Shown: positions 25,457 to 38,552 of the stretch, piece after piece
Layout: each line of letters starts with the position of its first letter
Numbering within the stretch: position 1 is the stretch's first letter
From: Octopus vulgaris
Taxonomy: Eukaryota
Length of the DNA stretch: 64,000 bases
Reading direction: 5' to 3'
Assembly (NCBI GenBank): GCA_951406725.2
Contig: OX597819.1
Location: 34,038,001-34,102,000, forward strand
Translations under genes and position numbers: made by a program
Notes under the pieces: generated by a model
Databases searched by the model: none
Told to the model about the DNA's origin: nothing
Seen by the model: only the letters and a program-made list of their open reading frames with translations

Positions 25457-25817
25457 GGATATATATATATATATATTATATTATATATATATAAATAAAA
25501 AGGGGTTTGTATGATTGTGTATTGAGGGACATATATTATTCAAAGGAATTCCAACTCTGTCTGTTTTTCATGTTTTATATATTCTTTATAATATTAATGT
25601 AGAATATAGAATATATAGTATAAATAGTATATATAGTAAAATGAAATGAAGTATTGATTGTCTTATTGAATAAACGAAATATTGAATATCAAATATTAAG
25701 GGACTAGTATACTTTCTTGCATTAAAGCAGTCTTCAAGGTCCCAGGTTGTGACAGGAGTGTTTTTATATCAGAAGTTGACAAAAAAGCCCATCATATATA
25801 TATTTTTTTTTATCATT

Positions 25818-25849
<32 letters not shown>

Positions 25850-26000
25850 GCTTCTTTCAGTTTCCATCTACTAAATCCACACTGGTTGGCCCAAGGCTAT
25901 AGTAGAAGACACTTGCCAAAGGTGCCATGCAATGGAACTGAACCTGGAACTATGTGGTTGAGAAGCAAGCTTCCTACCACACAGCCCCCACCTGCACCTG
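25125..26000 (-). mobile_element. SINE-A with expanded centre ((TAGA)n plus ~300 bp of inserted sequence)
   Basis: 3' half at 25125-25350, 5' half at 25843-26000. Confidence 0.75.
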
Positions 26001-26062
26001 TACACTACCTTTTGTTTCAATTAATTCTGAAAATAAAGAAGAATTTAGTAAAATAAATTCTT

Positions 26063-26469
26063 CAGGAGTGGCTGTGTGGTAAGTAGCTTGCTTACCAATC
26101 ACATGGTTCCAGGTTCATTCCCACAGCAGGGCACCTTGGGCAAGTGTCTTCTGCTATAGCCTCGGGCTGACCAATGCTTTGTGAGTGGATTTGGTAGATA
26201 GAAACTGATGGAAGCCCATCGTATATATGTATATATATATATGTATGTGTGTGTATATGGTTGTGTGTCTGTGTTTGTCCCCCCACCATCACTTCACAAC
26301 TGATGGTGGTGTGTTTACATCCCCATAACTTAGCAGTTCGGCAAAATAGACCGATAGAATAAGTACTAGGCTTACAAAGAATAAGTCCTGTGGTTGATTT
26401 GCTCAACTAAAGGTGGCGCTCCAGCATGTCCACACTCAAATGACTGAAACAAGTAAAAGAGTAAAAGAG
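26063..26469 (+). mobile_element. SINE-A full length
   Basis: Box A/B head and GTAAAAGA tail. Confidence 0.9.
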
Positions 26470-26514
26470 ATTATTAATCTTGGGTTTGGAACATAGATTA
26501 ACATGGAATTTTGA

Positions 26515-26922
26515 TACTCTTTACTCTTTACTCTTTTACTTGTTTCAGTCATTTGACTGCGGCCATGCTGGAGCACCGCCTTTAATCAAGCAACTCGACC
26601 CCGGGACTTATTCTTTGTAAGCCCAGTACTTATTCTATCGGTCCCTTTTGCCGAACCGCTAAGTGACGGGGACGTAAACACACCAGCATTGGTTGTCAAG
26701 CAATGCTAGGGGGACAAACACAAATATACACGCACACATATATATACATATATATACATATATACGACGGGCTTCTTTCAGTTTCCGTCTACCAAATCCA
26801 CTCACAAGGCTTTGGTCGGCCTGAGACTATAGTAGAAGACACTTGCCCAAGGTGCCACACAGTGGGACTGAACCCGGAACCATGTGGTTGGTAAACAAGC
26901 TACTTACCACACAGCCACTCCT
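26515..26922 (-). mobile_element. SINE-A full length
   Basis: As above, in inverted orientation. Confidence 0.9.
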
Positions 26923-27289
26923 TTAAAACAGGAAGCTGGTATCATGTATGAGGAAATGTGTGAATAGAGTGAGCTGAGTAGAGATGGAGCAATATGATGT
27001 TGTTGTAGTAGTTATGGTTCTTACAAACAAAGAAATTGATGTTATTGCTGAAGACTATATATATATATATATAAATATATATATATAAACATATATATAT
27101 AAATAATGATAATATTGCCATACTGTCACTCCCTAAATTTCTTCCCAGAAAATCAAGTCTCCAGTTTAAAACCAACAAGTCCATTATGAAACCCCCTTTA
27201 AGGCCCTCATGCTTTCCGAAATCCGCCGAAACTACACCTGATTATACATACACTTTAGATGAGTTGTAGTGCACCTGAGCACTGTACAC

Positions 27290-27290
<1 letters not shown>

Positions 27291-27322
<32 letters not shown>

Positions 27323-28076
27323 TTAACGTCTGCTTTCCATGCTAGCATGGGTTGGACAGTTCAACTGGGGTCTGGGGAGCCCGAAGGCTGCACCAGGCCA
27401 GTCAGATCTGGCAGTGTTTCTACAGCTGGATGCCCTTCCTAACGCCAACCACTCCGAGAGTGTAGTGGGTGATTTTATGTGCCACCGACACAGGTGCCAG
27501 ACGAGGCTGGTGAACGGCCACGCTCGGATGGTGTTTTTTATGTGCCACCAACACAGGTGCCAGACGAGGCTGGCAGACGGCCACACTCGGATGGTGTTTT
27601 TTATGTGCCACCGACACAGGTGCCAGATGAGGCTGGCGAACGGCCACGATCGGATGGTGTTTGTTACATGCCCACAGCACTGAGGCCAGTCGATGCGGTA
27701 CTGGCTATGGCCACGTTCGGATGGTTTTCTTGTGTGCCACCGGCACTGGTACCACAAAGATACAAATTCCATTGATGTTCATCTATTTTGATTTAGTTTG
27801 ATTTTCACTTGCCTCAACAGGTCTTCACAAGTGTCACAAAAAGGAAGGTATGCACAGGTGGACTGACTACGTCCCAGGTAGGGGCCATGGGTTATGGCCT
27901 GACTAGTCTTGCCGGGTCTTCTCACGCACAGCATACTTCCATAGGTCTCGGTCTCTAGTCATTTCCTTGGTGAGACCTAAAGTTCGAAGGTCGTGCTTCA
28001 CCACCTCGTCCCAGGTTTTCCTGGGTCTACCTCTTCCACAGGTTCCCTCAACTGCTAGGGTGTAGCACTTTTGCAC
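27291..28076 (-). mobile_element. 5'-truncated RTE LINE: ORF C-terminus (27903-28076), ~600-bp 3' UTR with tandem units, (GAT)n tail
   Basis: KCYTLAVEGTCGRGRPRKTWDEVVKHDLRTLGLTKEMTRDRDLWKYAVREKTRQD*; cacaat at both junctions. Confidence 0.9.
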
Positions 28077-28324
28077 AATGTTTATTATTATTATTATTAT
28101 AAGACAGTAGTGTTGTTAACACTGTACTTTGTTACAGCTCAATGTTACTTTTCAGACAGCTGCTAATGTTAATGATAATGGTTAATAACATCAGAATACA
28201 ACATTATCACTGATACTATCATATATACATATATATGATATTTATTATATCAAAGATTGGAAAATCTACACTGAATGTTTACTGATGGCTTGAAGGGTGA
28301 AACTCCGAATAGGCTATATACATT

Positions 28325-28415
<91 letters not shown>

Positions 28416-28569
28416 ATGTATATATATATATATACATGATAGATCATTAGCCACAAATGACTTTTTCTATTCCTGAGCATTATACTAATACATCTGTTTG
28501 TTTTGTACACCTCCTGTCTTCATCTTTTGCTTTTTTCATAAACTTTCCCTATACATATATATATATATA

Positions 28570-28605
<36 letters not shown>

Positions 28606-28633
28606 TATACACACACACTCACACTATGTACTT

Positions 28634-28963
28634 TGGTGAAGGTGAATGGCTCGGTGGTTAGAGCATCGGGTTCACAATGATGAGGTTATGAGTTTGATTC
28701 CCAGACCAGGCTGTGTTTTGTGTTCTTGAGCAAGACATGTTATTACATGTTACTCAAGTTAACTCAGCTGTAGAAATGAGTTGTGATGTCACTGGTGCCA
28801 AGCCTTTCATTTGGATAACATCAGTGGCCTGGAGAGGGGAGGCTGGTATGTATGGCTGACTGCTGGTCTTCTATAAAAATCTTGCCTGGACATGTGCCTC
28901 AAAGGGGAACCTTCTAAGTGTAATCCCATTGTCTTTTATAACAGAAGGGGGTCTTTACCCTTT
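28634..28963 (+). mobile_element. tRNA-derived SINE-E
   Basis: Box A tggctcggtgg, box B gagtttgattcc, ttcttgagcaagac; homologs at 44276 and 53075. Confidence 0.8.
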
Positions 28964-30034
28964 TACTGTGTACTTTACAACTCTTACATTAAGATATAAC
29001 AATGATATTATGGATATTTCTTTGGTTCAATGATAGAATGTCTGTCATGTATATAAAAGATGTGGGAACAGCCTTTGAATTTTTCCATCCACAGGTTTTT
29101 TTTAACACACTATTATTTGTAGCTTTATCTACTTCAACTTCCACTTGTGTATGTGTGTGTGTGTGTGGTGCCACATAAAAAGGACCCATTCTGGCATCAT
29201 GTAGAAAGCACCCATGCTGGCATCACATAAACAGCATCCATTACACTCTGGCAAAACAGATGCTTGGAGCCTGGTGCAGCCCTCTGGCTTGCTAGCTACT
29301 GTGAAACCATCCCAGCCATGCCAGCATGGAAAATAGATGTTAAATAATGATGACAAATTTATATTTACAGGTGTGTGTGTGTGTGTACCAGGGATATTAT
29401 CAAACACACACACACATAAGGGATATAACAGTAATATTTCCTCACATATAGCAATATCACCACATATATATATAAATAATGATAATATTGCCATACTGAC
29501 ACTCCCTAAATTTCTTCCCAGAAAATCAAGTCTCCAGTTTAAAACTAACAAGTCCATTATGAAACACCCCACATGTAATATTATACATTAGGTACCAATA
29601 TTTATTTCTGTAGTTACTATATATTTTGTAGAAGGAAAAAATGTATCTTGTACGTGCATGAAGATGTGTGGGCTTGCATCAGAGTATTTCTTTACTTGTG
29701 TGAAGAAGCACAATGTAGTTTGGCTAGTATCGCAGACAATTTGATAAAGATTTCCAATAATGTACACACAATGCTATAAGCAGTTATTTGTGATTAAACT
29801 ATGAGAATTAAATTTTACTGATTTCAGCTGAAATAAATTGCAATTTTTTCATCCAATCCTGTTTGATAATTTAAATATAACACCAAAATAAAGTAAAATA
29901 AAATTAAAAGATTTTTAATCATTGGAAAAAAAAAAGATATTACAAAAGATACAAAAAATAACAAGAAAAATAAAGATAAGATACTCATAATATGTACAAT
30001 GAGGGTGAGAAGGAAGAAAAATAGACAGAGAGGT

Positions 30035-30104
<70 letters not shown>

Positions 30105-30164
30105 TGTGTGTGTACTTATGTATCTATAAATGCCTATGATATTAATATGTTAGAGAAGATAAAG

Positions 30165-30380
30165 ATGGGGAACTGGCAGAATCGTTAGCAATGTCATGCA
30201 AAAATTCTTATTGGCATTCTGTCCATCTTTACAGGCTGAGTTCAAATTCCACCAAGGCCAACTTTCTCTTTTCTCCTTTCAGGGTTGATAAAATAAGTAA
30301 GAGTTGAGTCCTGGGGTTGATGTAATTGATTTATCCCTGCAACCCCACCCAAAATTGTGGGCCTTTTTGAGAATGTTTGA
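30165..30380 (+). mobile_element. Degenerate SINE-B
   Basis: ctggcagaatcgttagc...gagttcaaattcc...gataaaataagta. Confidence 0.75.
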
Positions 30381-30574
30381 TTAAAAATTAGAATTGAAGA
30401 GTCACATGAAAATTGTGAATTTTCAAATAAATTTAATCCTAAACAGAAAGGAATCTTCGGAGGAAATAAAATGCAGTCAAAAGTATTTATTTTTTGAGAG
30501 TTTTGCATTGAGAAGGAAAGTGACCCTAAAATGTAATGTGTGTATGTGTGTGTAAGGCATATATGTATGTATAC

Positions 30575-30790
30575 TGGTTTCAAATTTTGGCACAAGGCCA
30601 CCAATTTTGGGGGAGGGGCAAGTCATTTACATCAACCCCAGTGTTCAACTGGTACTTATTTTACTGACCCCAGAAGGGAGAAAAAGCAAAGTCACCCTCA
30701 ACAAAATTTGAGTTCAGTAAGTAAAGACAGACAAAACACTGCTAAGCATTTTGCCAGATAGGTTCATGATTCTGCTAGTGCACCACCTTT
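30575..30790 (-). mobile_element. Degenerate SINE-B
   Basis: ccccagtgttcaactggtacttatttt...gctaagcatttt. Confidence 0.75.
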
Positions 30791-30835
30791 GGAAATATAT
30801 ATACATATTAATATATGTTTGCATATATGTGTGTT

Positions 30836-31050
30836 ATCATCATCATCATCATTTAACGGCCGCTTTCTATGCTAGTATGGGTTGGACGGTTTGACTGAGG
30901 ACTGGCAAGCCAGTAGGCTGCACCAGGCTCCAATCTGATCAGGTAAGGTTTCTACAGCTAGATGCCCTTCCTAAAGCCAACCATTCTGAGAGTGTAGTGA
31001 GTGCTTCTTATGTGCCACCGGCACAGGAGCCAGTCAGGTGTCACTGGCTT
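30836..31050 (-). mobile_element. RTE LINE 3' fragment
   Basis: (CAT)n plus the conserved terminus. Confidence 0.8.
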
Positions 31051-31164
31051 CATGTGTATTCATTGAAAAGCTGTATATAGGAAAGTATGTATATAATTAT
31101 ATTTTATCTTCATATAATTTTAATTCACTCAACATAGGAGTAGTACCAATTAAAATGAAAAGAA

Positions 31165-31200
<36 letters not shown>

Positions 31201-31915
31201 AAGAGACAGGAAAAGAGAAAGAGAGAGGGAGAAAGAGAAAGAACAAGAAAAACAAATGTTACTTGAAGTAACACCAAAGTCAAAGCTATATAAGAAGATC
31301 ATAGTCCGTGTATTCTGCAGTAAAACCAAACTTAGAACCATTATGCTTGTGCCTATATTACTGGTATGTTTTTATATAATCCACAGCTCAGGGGCCGGCA
31401 GTTACAATACTACCTATGTGAAGTTTTACGCCATCTCAAGATTCATTTGTTTCAGAAAGAAAAAAAAATTTCAAGAGAAATGATTTCCTGTTGTTCTCAA
31501 TAAATTTCCATCCATCTTTGAGTTTTCAAAGTATCTATGAAATTCCATGGTTACTGTTGGTATTTATTTACTTTTAGACGGTCTCTGACAGTAAGTAAAA
31601 AAATATATATTATAAGTTCACTCAAAAGTATTAAGTAATCCTTCAACTTAATGTTTAACTGTTTCTATATGCAAAAAACAAACAAACATGTATGTATGCA
31701 TGTGTATATATATGTGAGTGAATGTGAGTGTATGTGTATGACTGTGAGTGTATGTGTGCTTGTGTGCATGGATGTGTGTGTGTATGTATGTGCATGTTTG
31801 CAGAGTGTGTGGGTGTCTATTGTGTGCTGAAACTGTTGCAGTCTCCAATCAATTGCTGAAGAAGAATATGTGTGCATGCATGCATGTATGTATGTATGTA
31901 TATATGTATGTATGC

Positions 31916-31993
<78 letters not shown>

Positions 31994-32296
31994 ATACACA
32001 CATATATACATATATATATATACAAGCTATAAGTAAAAATATGTATACATACATATTAAAAATGTAACTATAGATAGCTAATGATAAATACACATGCATT
32101 CTCACACACACACGCACATAAGTATATGCTTAGGTACTTAGGTACAGACATGATGGTGTGGTTAAGAAATTTGTTGTGCAAACATATGCTGTCAAGTTCA
32201 ATCCCATCACACAGTGCCATGGGTAGGTGTATTCTATTATAGATTGAAACCAACCAATATCTTTGGAGTAAATTTGGTTGATAGAAACTGTATGAA

Positions 32297-32531
32297 GGCG
32301 GTGAGCTGGCAGAAACGTTAGCACACCAGGCGAAATGCTTAGCGGTATTTCGTCTGTCTTGACGTTCTGAGTTCAAATTCTGCCGAGGTCAACTTTGCCT
32401 TTCATCCTTTCAGGGTCGATAAATTATGTACCAGTTAAGCACTGGGGTTGATGTAATCGACTTAATCCCTTTGTCTGTCCTTGTTTGTTTGTCCCCTCTG
32501 TGTTTAGCCCCTTGTGGGCAATAAAGAAATA
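32297..32531 (+). mobile_element. tRNA-derived SINE-B, full length, 14-bp TSD, nested in an older SINE (~32150-32860)
   Basis: TSD agaaactgtatgaa at 32283-32296 and 32532-32545; box B gagttcaaattc. Confidence 0.9.
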
Positions 32532-32898
32532 AGAAACTGTATGAAGTGTATCATATATATCTGTGTGTGTCTGAGTGTGTCTGTACATGCTCAAATGCAT
32601 GCATATGAGTGGGTCTATGTTTGTTGGCACGTGTTTATGCGGCGTTTGCATTTTGTCCGTCTTCAAAATATAGCAATGAGTTATCAATGAGTCATCCAGC
32701 AGCACTATACTTTCAAGAAGAGTGGATTGAAAACTTCCTTATCTGAAAGCCCAGTAAGGATAAGTAACAGGAAGGGCAACCAGCTATAACAACAATGCTT
32801 TTGCAATACATATTCATCTAACCCATGCTAGCATGGGAAATCAAATATAAAATGAATGAATATATATATGTGTGTGTGTGTATATGTATATATATATA

Positions 32899-34350
32899 CT
32901 AAGCTACTAAAGAAATGTCGCACTGTAAATGATTATTTGTTTCTCACAAGATATTGAGATTACATGGATTTTATTGTATTTCTAGGTTATTTGACCCACA
33001 ACACCATTCTCTTTTGAAAACACAAGCATTGCATGTAGGGTTCGAACTCACTCACTTTTCATGAGCATGGTAATGCTTTTGAACGCAACTTTATGAAAAG
33101 CATCATGCCAAACGTTGACTCATTGGGTATAAAAGCACCCAATTTTATCAGCCTGTCATTTGTTTCCTGAATGCACCAAGCAAGTCAAGACTGGCTTAAA
33201 ATCAGAGGGAGCAAACCATCTTCTTAAGTATTCGGACAATTGAGTGGCTGAAGGAATGATACAACAAACAGCATGGATGATTGCCTATACAGTGGCTGAC
33301 TGATGCTTACAGCATGTCAAGATCGCCACCTGCACAGACAGCACTTACAGGACCAATTCTGGAGGACAATGGAATCAGCTAGGCAGACCATAGGGATTCA
33401 GCACAGACCAATTTGTGCAGAGATGGTCCGCTGAGATCTTTTAATCTGTCTTGTTGACGTCCAACTAGGGGGCCCCTTCCTCACAGATCATCATTAACAG
33501 GCACGTCTGCAGTGAGCTCAAAGCTGTCAGAATTGGTAAAATCAGCAGTGGAAGCTGTAGCCTTTTCTGACAAAAGTCAATATTGCCTTTTTGTGGCCAA
33601 TGGCAGAGCTAGGCTTTGGAGAAGAAGAGGTGAACATCATGCCAATGACTGTGTGGTGGAGAGAGAGATGCATGGGGAGAACAGAGCATCATGGTATTGG
33701 GCATGATTGCACATAACCAGAAAATTGGACTGGTGACCCTCCAAAACATCAGCCAAGGCTGGGGCAATGGAGTAACTGCTGCACACTATATCAACTAAGT
33801 GTTGAGACATCACACTGTGCCATACTTTGCCTGTCATTGGAATCACATATTCCAACATGACAATGCCCGTGCCCATACTGCCAGGTTGATAACAGACTTC
33901 CTCCAACAGTACAACATCCAGACACTGCCATGGCTTGCCCTAAGTGTAGACTTGAACCCCATAGAGCAGCTGTAGGATGAAATCTTAAGAAGGCTAGATG
34001 ATATACATCCAAGGCAGACAACTGAGGCACAACTCACAGCAAGTTTTAACAGAGTGTGGGGTGCTATCCCCGTGGCCTTCATTAGTTGTTTGGTGAATTC
34101 AGTGTACAGAAGATGCCTGTTAGTAATCAAGGCTAACAGTGGTCACACAAGATATTGAGTTCATCTCTTTGGATCCAGGACACTCTTTCATCACATGACA
34201 TCATGTGACATCAAACATGTTTCAGAAAATGATGTTTTGTCATTGGGAAAGAACGGTTTCTTAATTAGCATTCTTCAATCAATGCTATGGAAGTCTGTTA
34301 ATAAACTGGTTTCTATTCAGTATGTGTGCGATGCTTCTTTTGTGGTTCAG
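32899..34350 (+). mobile_element. Full-length decayed Tc1 (DD34E) transposon
   Basis: Imperfect TIRs ctaagctactaaagaaatgtcgcac / gtgcgatgcttcttttgtggttcag, flanked by TA. Confidence 0.88.
33183..34158 (+). pseudogene. Tc1 transposase pseudogene
   Basis: FSDKSQYCL; GRARLWRRRGE; FQHDNARAHTA; PWLALSVDLNPIEQL*; GHTRY*; contains stops and frameshifts. Confidence 0.9.
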
Positions 34351-34418
34351 TATATATTTATTGAAGTTTGATAAGTGCCAATGCATGAAACTCTCAGGCC
34401 TTGAGTTACATCTACTAT

Positions 34419-34830
34419 GCAGGTGTGACTGTGCGGTAAAAAGCTTGCTTGCCAACCACATGGTACTGGGTTCAGTCCCACTGCGTGGCACCTTGGGCAA
34501 GTGTCTTCTACTATAACCTCGGGCCAGCCAAAGCCCTGTGGGTGGATTTGGTAGAAAGAAAGAAACTGAAAAAAGCCCATCATATATATATATATATATG
34601 TAATATGTTTACATGTGTATATATGTCTGTTTTTGCACCCTCGCCATGACTTGACAACCAATGATGGTGTGTTTATGTCCCCGTAACTTAGTAGTTCAGC
34701 AAAAGAGACCAATAGGATAAGTATTAGTCTTACAAAGAATAACTCTTGGGGTCATTTCTTCAGCTAAAAGTTGGTGCTCCAGCATGGCTGCAGTCATATG
34801 ACTGAAACAAGTAAAAGAATAGAAGAATAG
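34419..34830 (+). mobile_element. SINE-A
   Basis: Head, body and tail match other copies. Confidence 0.88.
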
Positions 34831-34902
34831 TCATATTTTGAGTTCTACTTTTCTTGCTTGCACCAATATACCTACACACACACACACATATGTGTATATA
34901 TA

Positions 34903-35133
34903 TATTTCTTTACTACCCACAACGGGCTAAACATAGAGGGGACAAACAAGGACAGACAAAGGGATTAAGTTGAGTACGTTAACCCCAGTGCGTAACTGGT
35001 ACTTAATTTATCGACCCTGATGGGATGAAAGGCAAAGTCGACCTCGGCGGAATTTGAACTCGGAACGTAATGACAGACGAAATACTGCTGCGAATTTCGC
35101 CCAGCGTGCTAACGTTTCTACCAGCTCGCTGCC
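34903..35133 (-). mobile_element. SINE-B full length
   Basis: Reverse complement of the 32297-32531 type. Confidence 0.88.
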
Positions 35134-35283
35134 TATATGTGTATATATATATCATAATTTTACATCTGCTTTCTGTGCTGGCATGGGTTGGACAGGGCAA
35201 TGAGATGTACCTCCAGCATTGAAAGCTGATGTAAAACGATGATTATGGTAATGATATGTTTGTGTGCACACATGTGTTTGTAA

Positions 35284-35289
35284 GTGTGT

Positions 35290-35387
<98 letters not shown>

Positions 35388-35410
35388 ATGCGCGCATGCG
35401 TGTGTGTATG
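35284..35410. repeat. (TG)n microsatellite
   Basis: Direct reading; similar tracts at 10775-10850, 30037-30112 and 38940-38994. Confidence 0.95.
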
Positions 35411-35576
35411 TAATAATTTTCATTTAGGAAATTTTCCCTCAGAATCAATTCTTTTTCTTGATTCACAGTCATCTAGAAGAAAATTGCTAGGTTTTATATA
35501 AAGATCAATAACATCTGTTATTAAAACGGTGTCATGGTGGAGATTAGATGGATAGCTCTGCCTTTCAAAGATATAG

Positions 35577-35619
<43 letters not shown>

Positions 35620-35983
35620 CATATGCATATGTGCTTGCATGTGTACATGTATGTATACGTTGTAAAAACGTGGTAATATTTTCTAGTATATGGTTTTCAC
35701 AAATATTGTTTGTGTACACTATATGCCTGTTTGCAAGACCTGTATATATGAATATGTGTGTATGTGTAGATGTGTAGAGTGTTGTAGGATGTTAGGATAA
35801 TTAAAAGAAAAAAAAAAACTATGAATATATAAAATTAGTGCCAATATATGAAGGTAACGTCAATTATATGTAAGCAAGAATGTTGACATTGGGTGTGAAA
35901 AAAAGGGAGAATAATAAAGTAGATGAATATTCCTTGGAACAGAAAACTTTAGATAGCAACAGAAGGAAGAATTAAACAGTGAA

Positions 35984-36048
<65 letters not shown>

Positions 36049-36094
36049 GGGAGAGAGAGAGATTATGTGCACATACACACACAGCGAGGGACTT

Positions 36095-36445
36095 AGCAAA
36101 TGGCAATAACAAACAGGATGAAGTTGATCAGGGATCAGTTCTCAGTTATCCTCTGGTTCAATTTAGTTTCACAAACCTTAACAAAGACACCTTACAATTT
36201 ATTATTCACAAGATCACTTGGATGAAATCAGTGATTTCATACTTATAACTGAACCTGCCAAAGACTTAGAGAAGAAAATCTAAAGATGGAAGTGTGACTT
36301 AGAATCAAAAGACTTCAAAGGAAATCTCAGGAAAACAAAAGACTTAGCAGAAAAGAAGACAAGATCTCAGCTATCGTTAGTGACTCATTCATGTATGATA
36401 TGCATAAAAGGAGTACATACTAATTCTTTACAGTGTACCATATCA
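36095..36445 (+). pseudogene. RTE reverse transcriptase remnant
   Basis: V.QGSVLS; LEKKI*RWKCDLESK..K.NLRKTK; CMICIKGVHTNSLQCT. Confidence 0.7.
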
Positions 36446-36799
36446 AACCAAGGATATTGTCGAAGAAGGATACTTAATCCAAAGTGTGGCATACTGAGTT
36501 CAAATACAGGAGACTTCATGAATGAAAATCAAATTTTCTCCACCACTTCGGTGTATACCTGCATCCCATTTAAATGTGCATGCACACATGCACACAGTAT
36601 GCATATGAACTTCAGTATTCCAAATGAGTAGAATCTACTGCAATAAACAACATGAATGGCTGTAGTCAAGAGGTCAGCAGGTCACACATGTTGTGTCACA
36701 ATCAGTGTGTTGTGTTCATGATCAAGATACTTTATCTTCAGCAGCTGAAAACAAAGTAGTGTAGTGCAGTGCAGTATGGGTATAATAGTGGGAGTCAAA

Positions 36800-36985
36800 T
36801 TGTGTGGCTTAGTGGTAAGGGGTATTTGGCTCACAATCATAAGGTCATGAGTTCGATTACCAGTAGTAGATTGTATTCTTGAGCAAGACGCTTTATTTAA
36901 CATTGCACCAGTCCATTCAGCTGGGCAAAAATTAGTAGTTCCTGCATTTCAAAGAGCCAGCCTTGCCATATTGTGTGTCATACTG

Positions 36986-37032
<47 letters not shown>

Positions 37033-37170
37033 ACCATTGTCCATGCAGGTATACTCCTACAGAACAATGTTAAGGGTATGCATGTCTGTGGAGTGCTCAG
37101 CCTCTTGTTGTTCCATTGACAGGATCAACTGGAACCCTCGTTATTGTAAACGACAAAGTGCCAGTTTAGT
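36800..37170 (+). mobile_element. tRNA-derived SINE (E-like head) interrupted by a (CAT)n tract
   Basis: Box A tggcttagtgg, box B gagttcgattacc, ttcttgagcaagac. Confidence 0.7.
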
Positions 37171-37321
37171 AACCACATTTACATTATGGCCATACAACAG
37201 GTTTAGAAAGATCACAACCAGGATAACAGTAAAGGTAGATTTCATATGGAGCAGATGTACACGAGTAGTTAGCAATAAGAGTTTCAGTGAAATAAATTGT
37301 TTGAATGACTACTTGCATATT

Positions 37322-37770
37322 AATTCTTAACATGTCTAGGCTGGTACAATGCAAAATATGCTGGGTGCTGTATTGTATGTCACAGAAAAATAATTTCTCC
37401 CTTTTAAACAATAATGTGTTCAGCACACTCATCTCATTGGTGCACAGCATTCTGGAACCCCAGTTTTTCGACATGCTGTGCCCCATCAGTCAAATGTAGC
37501 CAAAACTTTGAGTCTAGCCAAAGCCACTGCTTTGTTTATATTTTCAGTGAACAGAATTGTTTTCTGATCAGTGGTTATATCTGCAACTGATAAAAAACTT
37601 CTGCCTGATGAGTTACACGTGAAAACACCAGAGTCTCAGAATGCCATGTACAAATGAGACAAGTGAGCTGAGTACACTGACATCTAAAAGGGAGAAGTTA
37701 TTTTTCTAAGATATACCCTACAGCACACAGCATATTTTGTTTGCAAACCTGCCTAGACATGTAAAGAATG
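37322..37770. repeat. Degenerate fold-back element with arms over 160 bp
   Basis: acatgtctaggc..caaaatatgctg..gaaaaataatttctcccttttaa vs taaaagggagaagttatttttc..cagcatattttg..gcctagacatgt. Confidence 0.85.
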
Positions 37771-38119
37771 AGTCTGCAAATATTTCTTCCTGATCTCACT
37801 GTAGAGGTGCAAACAACGATTTTAAAAAATTTTCTTTAAATAACCAAGGAACGCTAGTGAAGTAGCTGGTTGCTTCTGCAACATTCACTTTCAAAGAAAT
37901 GGCCAAATCAACAGAGGAGGTGGTTATTCCAAGAGCAAAGTAACAAAAAGAAAAATAATAAAATGGAGTGGAAAATGTTTCAAAAAGCTACTTCTGCTAG
38001 TAACAAAGGGATTCTTATTCACAGTGAAGGGCAGACTGTAGGGTGCTCGTTTTGACTTTAATGCCAAGACTCACAAATGTGTTGTCTCTCCTCATGTCCT
38101 ATATTTTTTATCGTTTCTT

Positions 38120-38552
38120 CTTTTATTTTTTACTTATTTCAGTCCTTTGATTGTGGCCATGCTGGGGTAGTGCCTTGAAGGGTTTTAGTCAATCAAGTCG
38201 ATCCCAAGACTGTTTTTTTAAAGCCTAATCCTTATCCCATTGGTCTCTTTTGCAAAACCAGCAAGTTACAGGGATGTAAACACACCAACATCGGTTGTCA
38301 AGCATTGGAGAGGGGACAAACACAGACACAAAAACACACACACATAGATATATACAATCATATATACATACACACAAACACATACACACACAGAGCTTCT
38401 TTCAGTTTCCATCTACCAAATCCATTCACAAGGCCTTGATTGGTTCAAGGCTATAGTAGAAGATGCTTGCCCAAAGTGTCATGCAATGGGACTGAACCCA
38501 GAACCATGTGGTTGAGAAACAAACTTCTTACCATACAGCCACACCAGCACCC
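38120..38552 (-). mobile_element. SINE-A (older copy)
   Basis: Colinear with the consensus of other copies. Confidence 0.8.
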
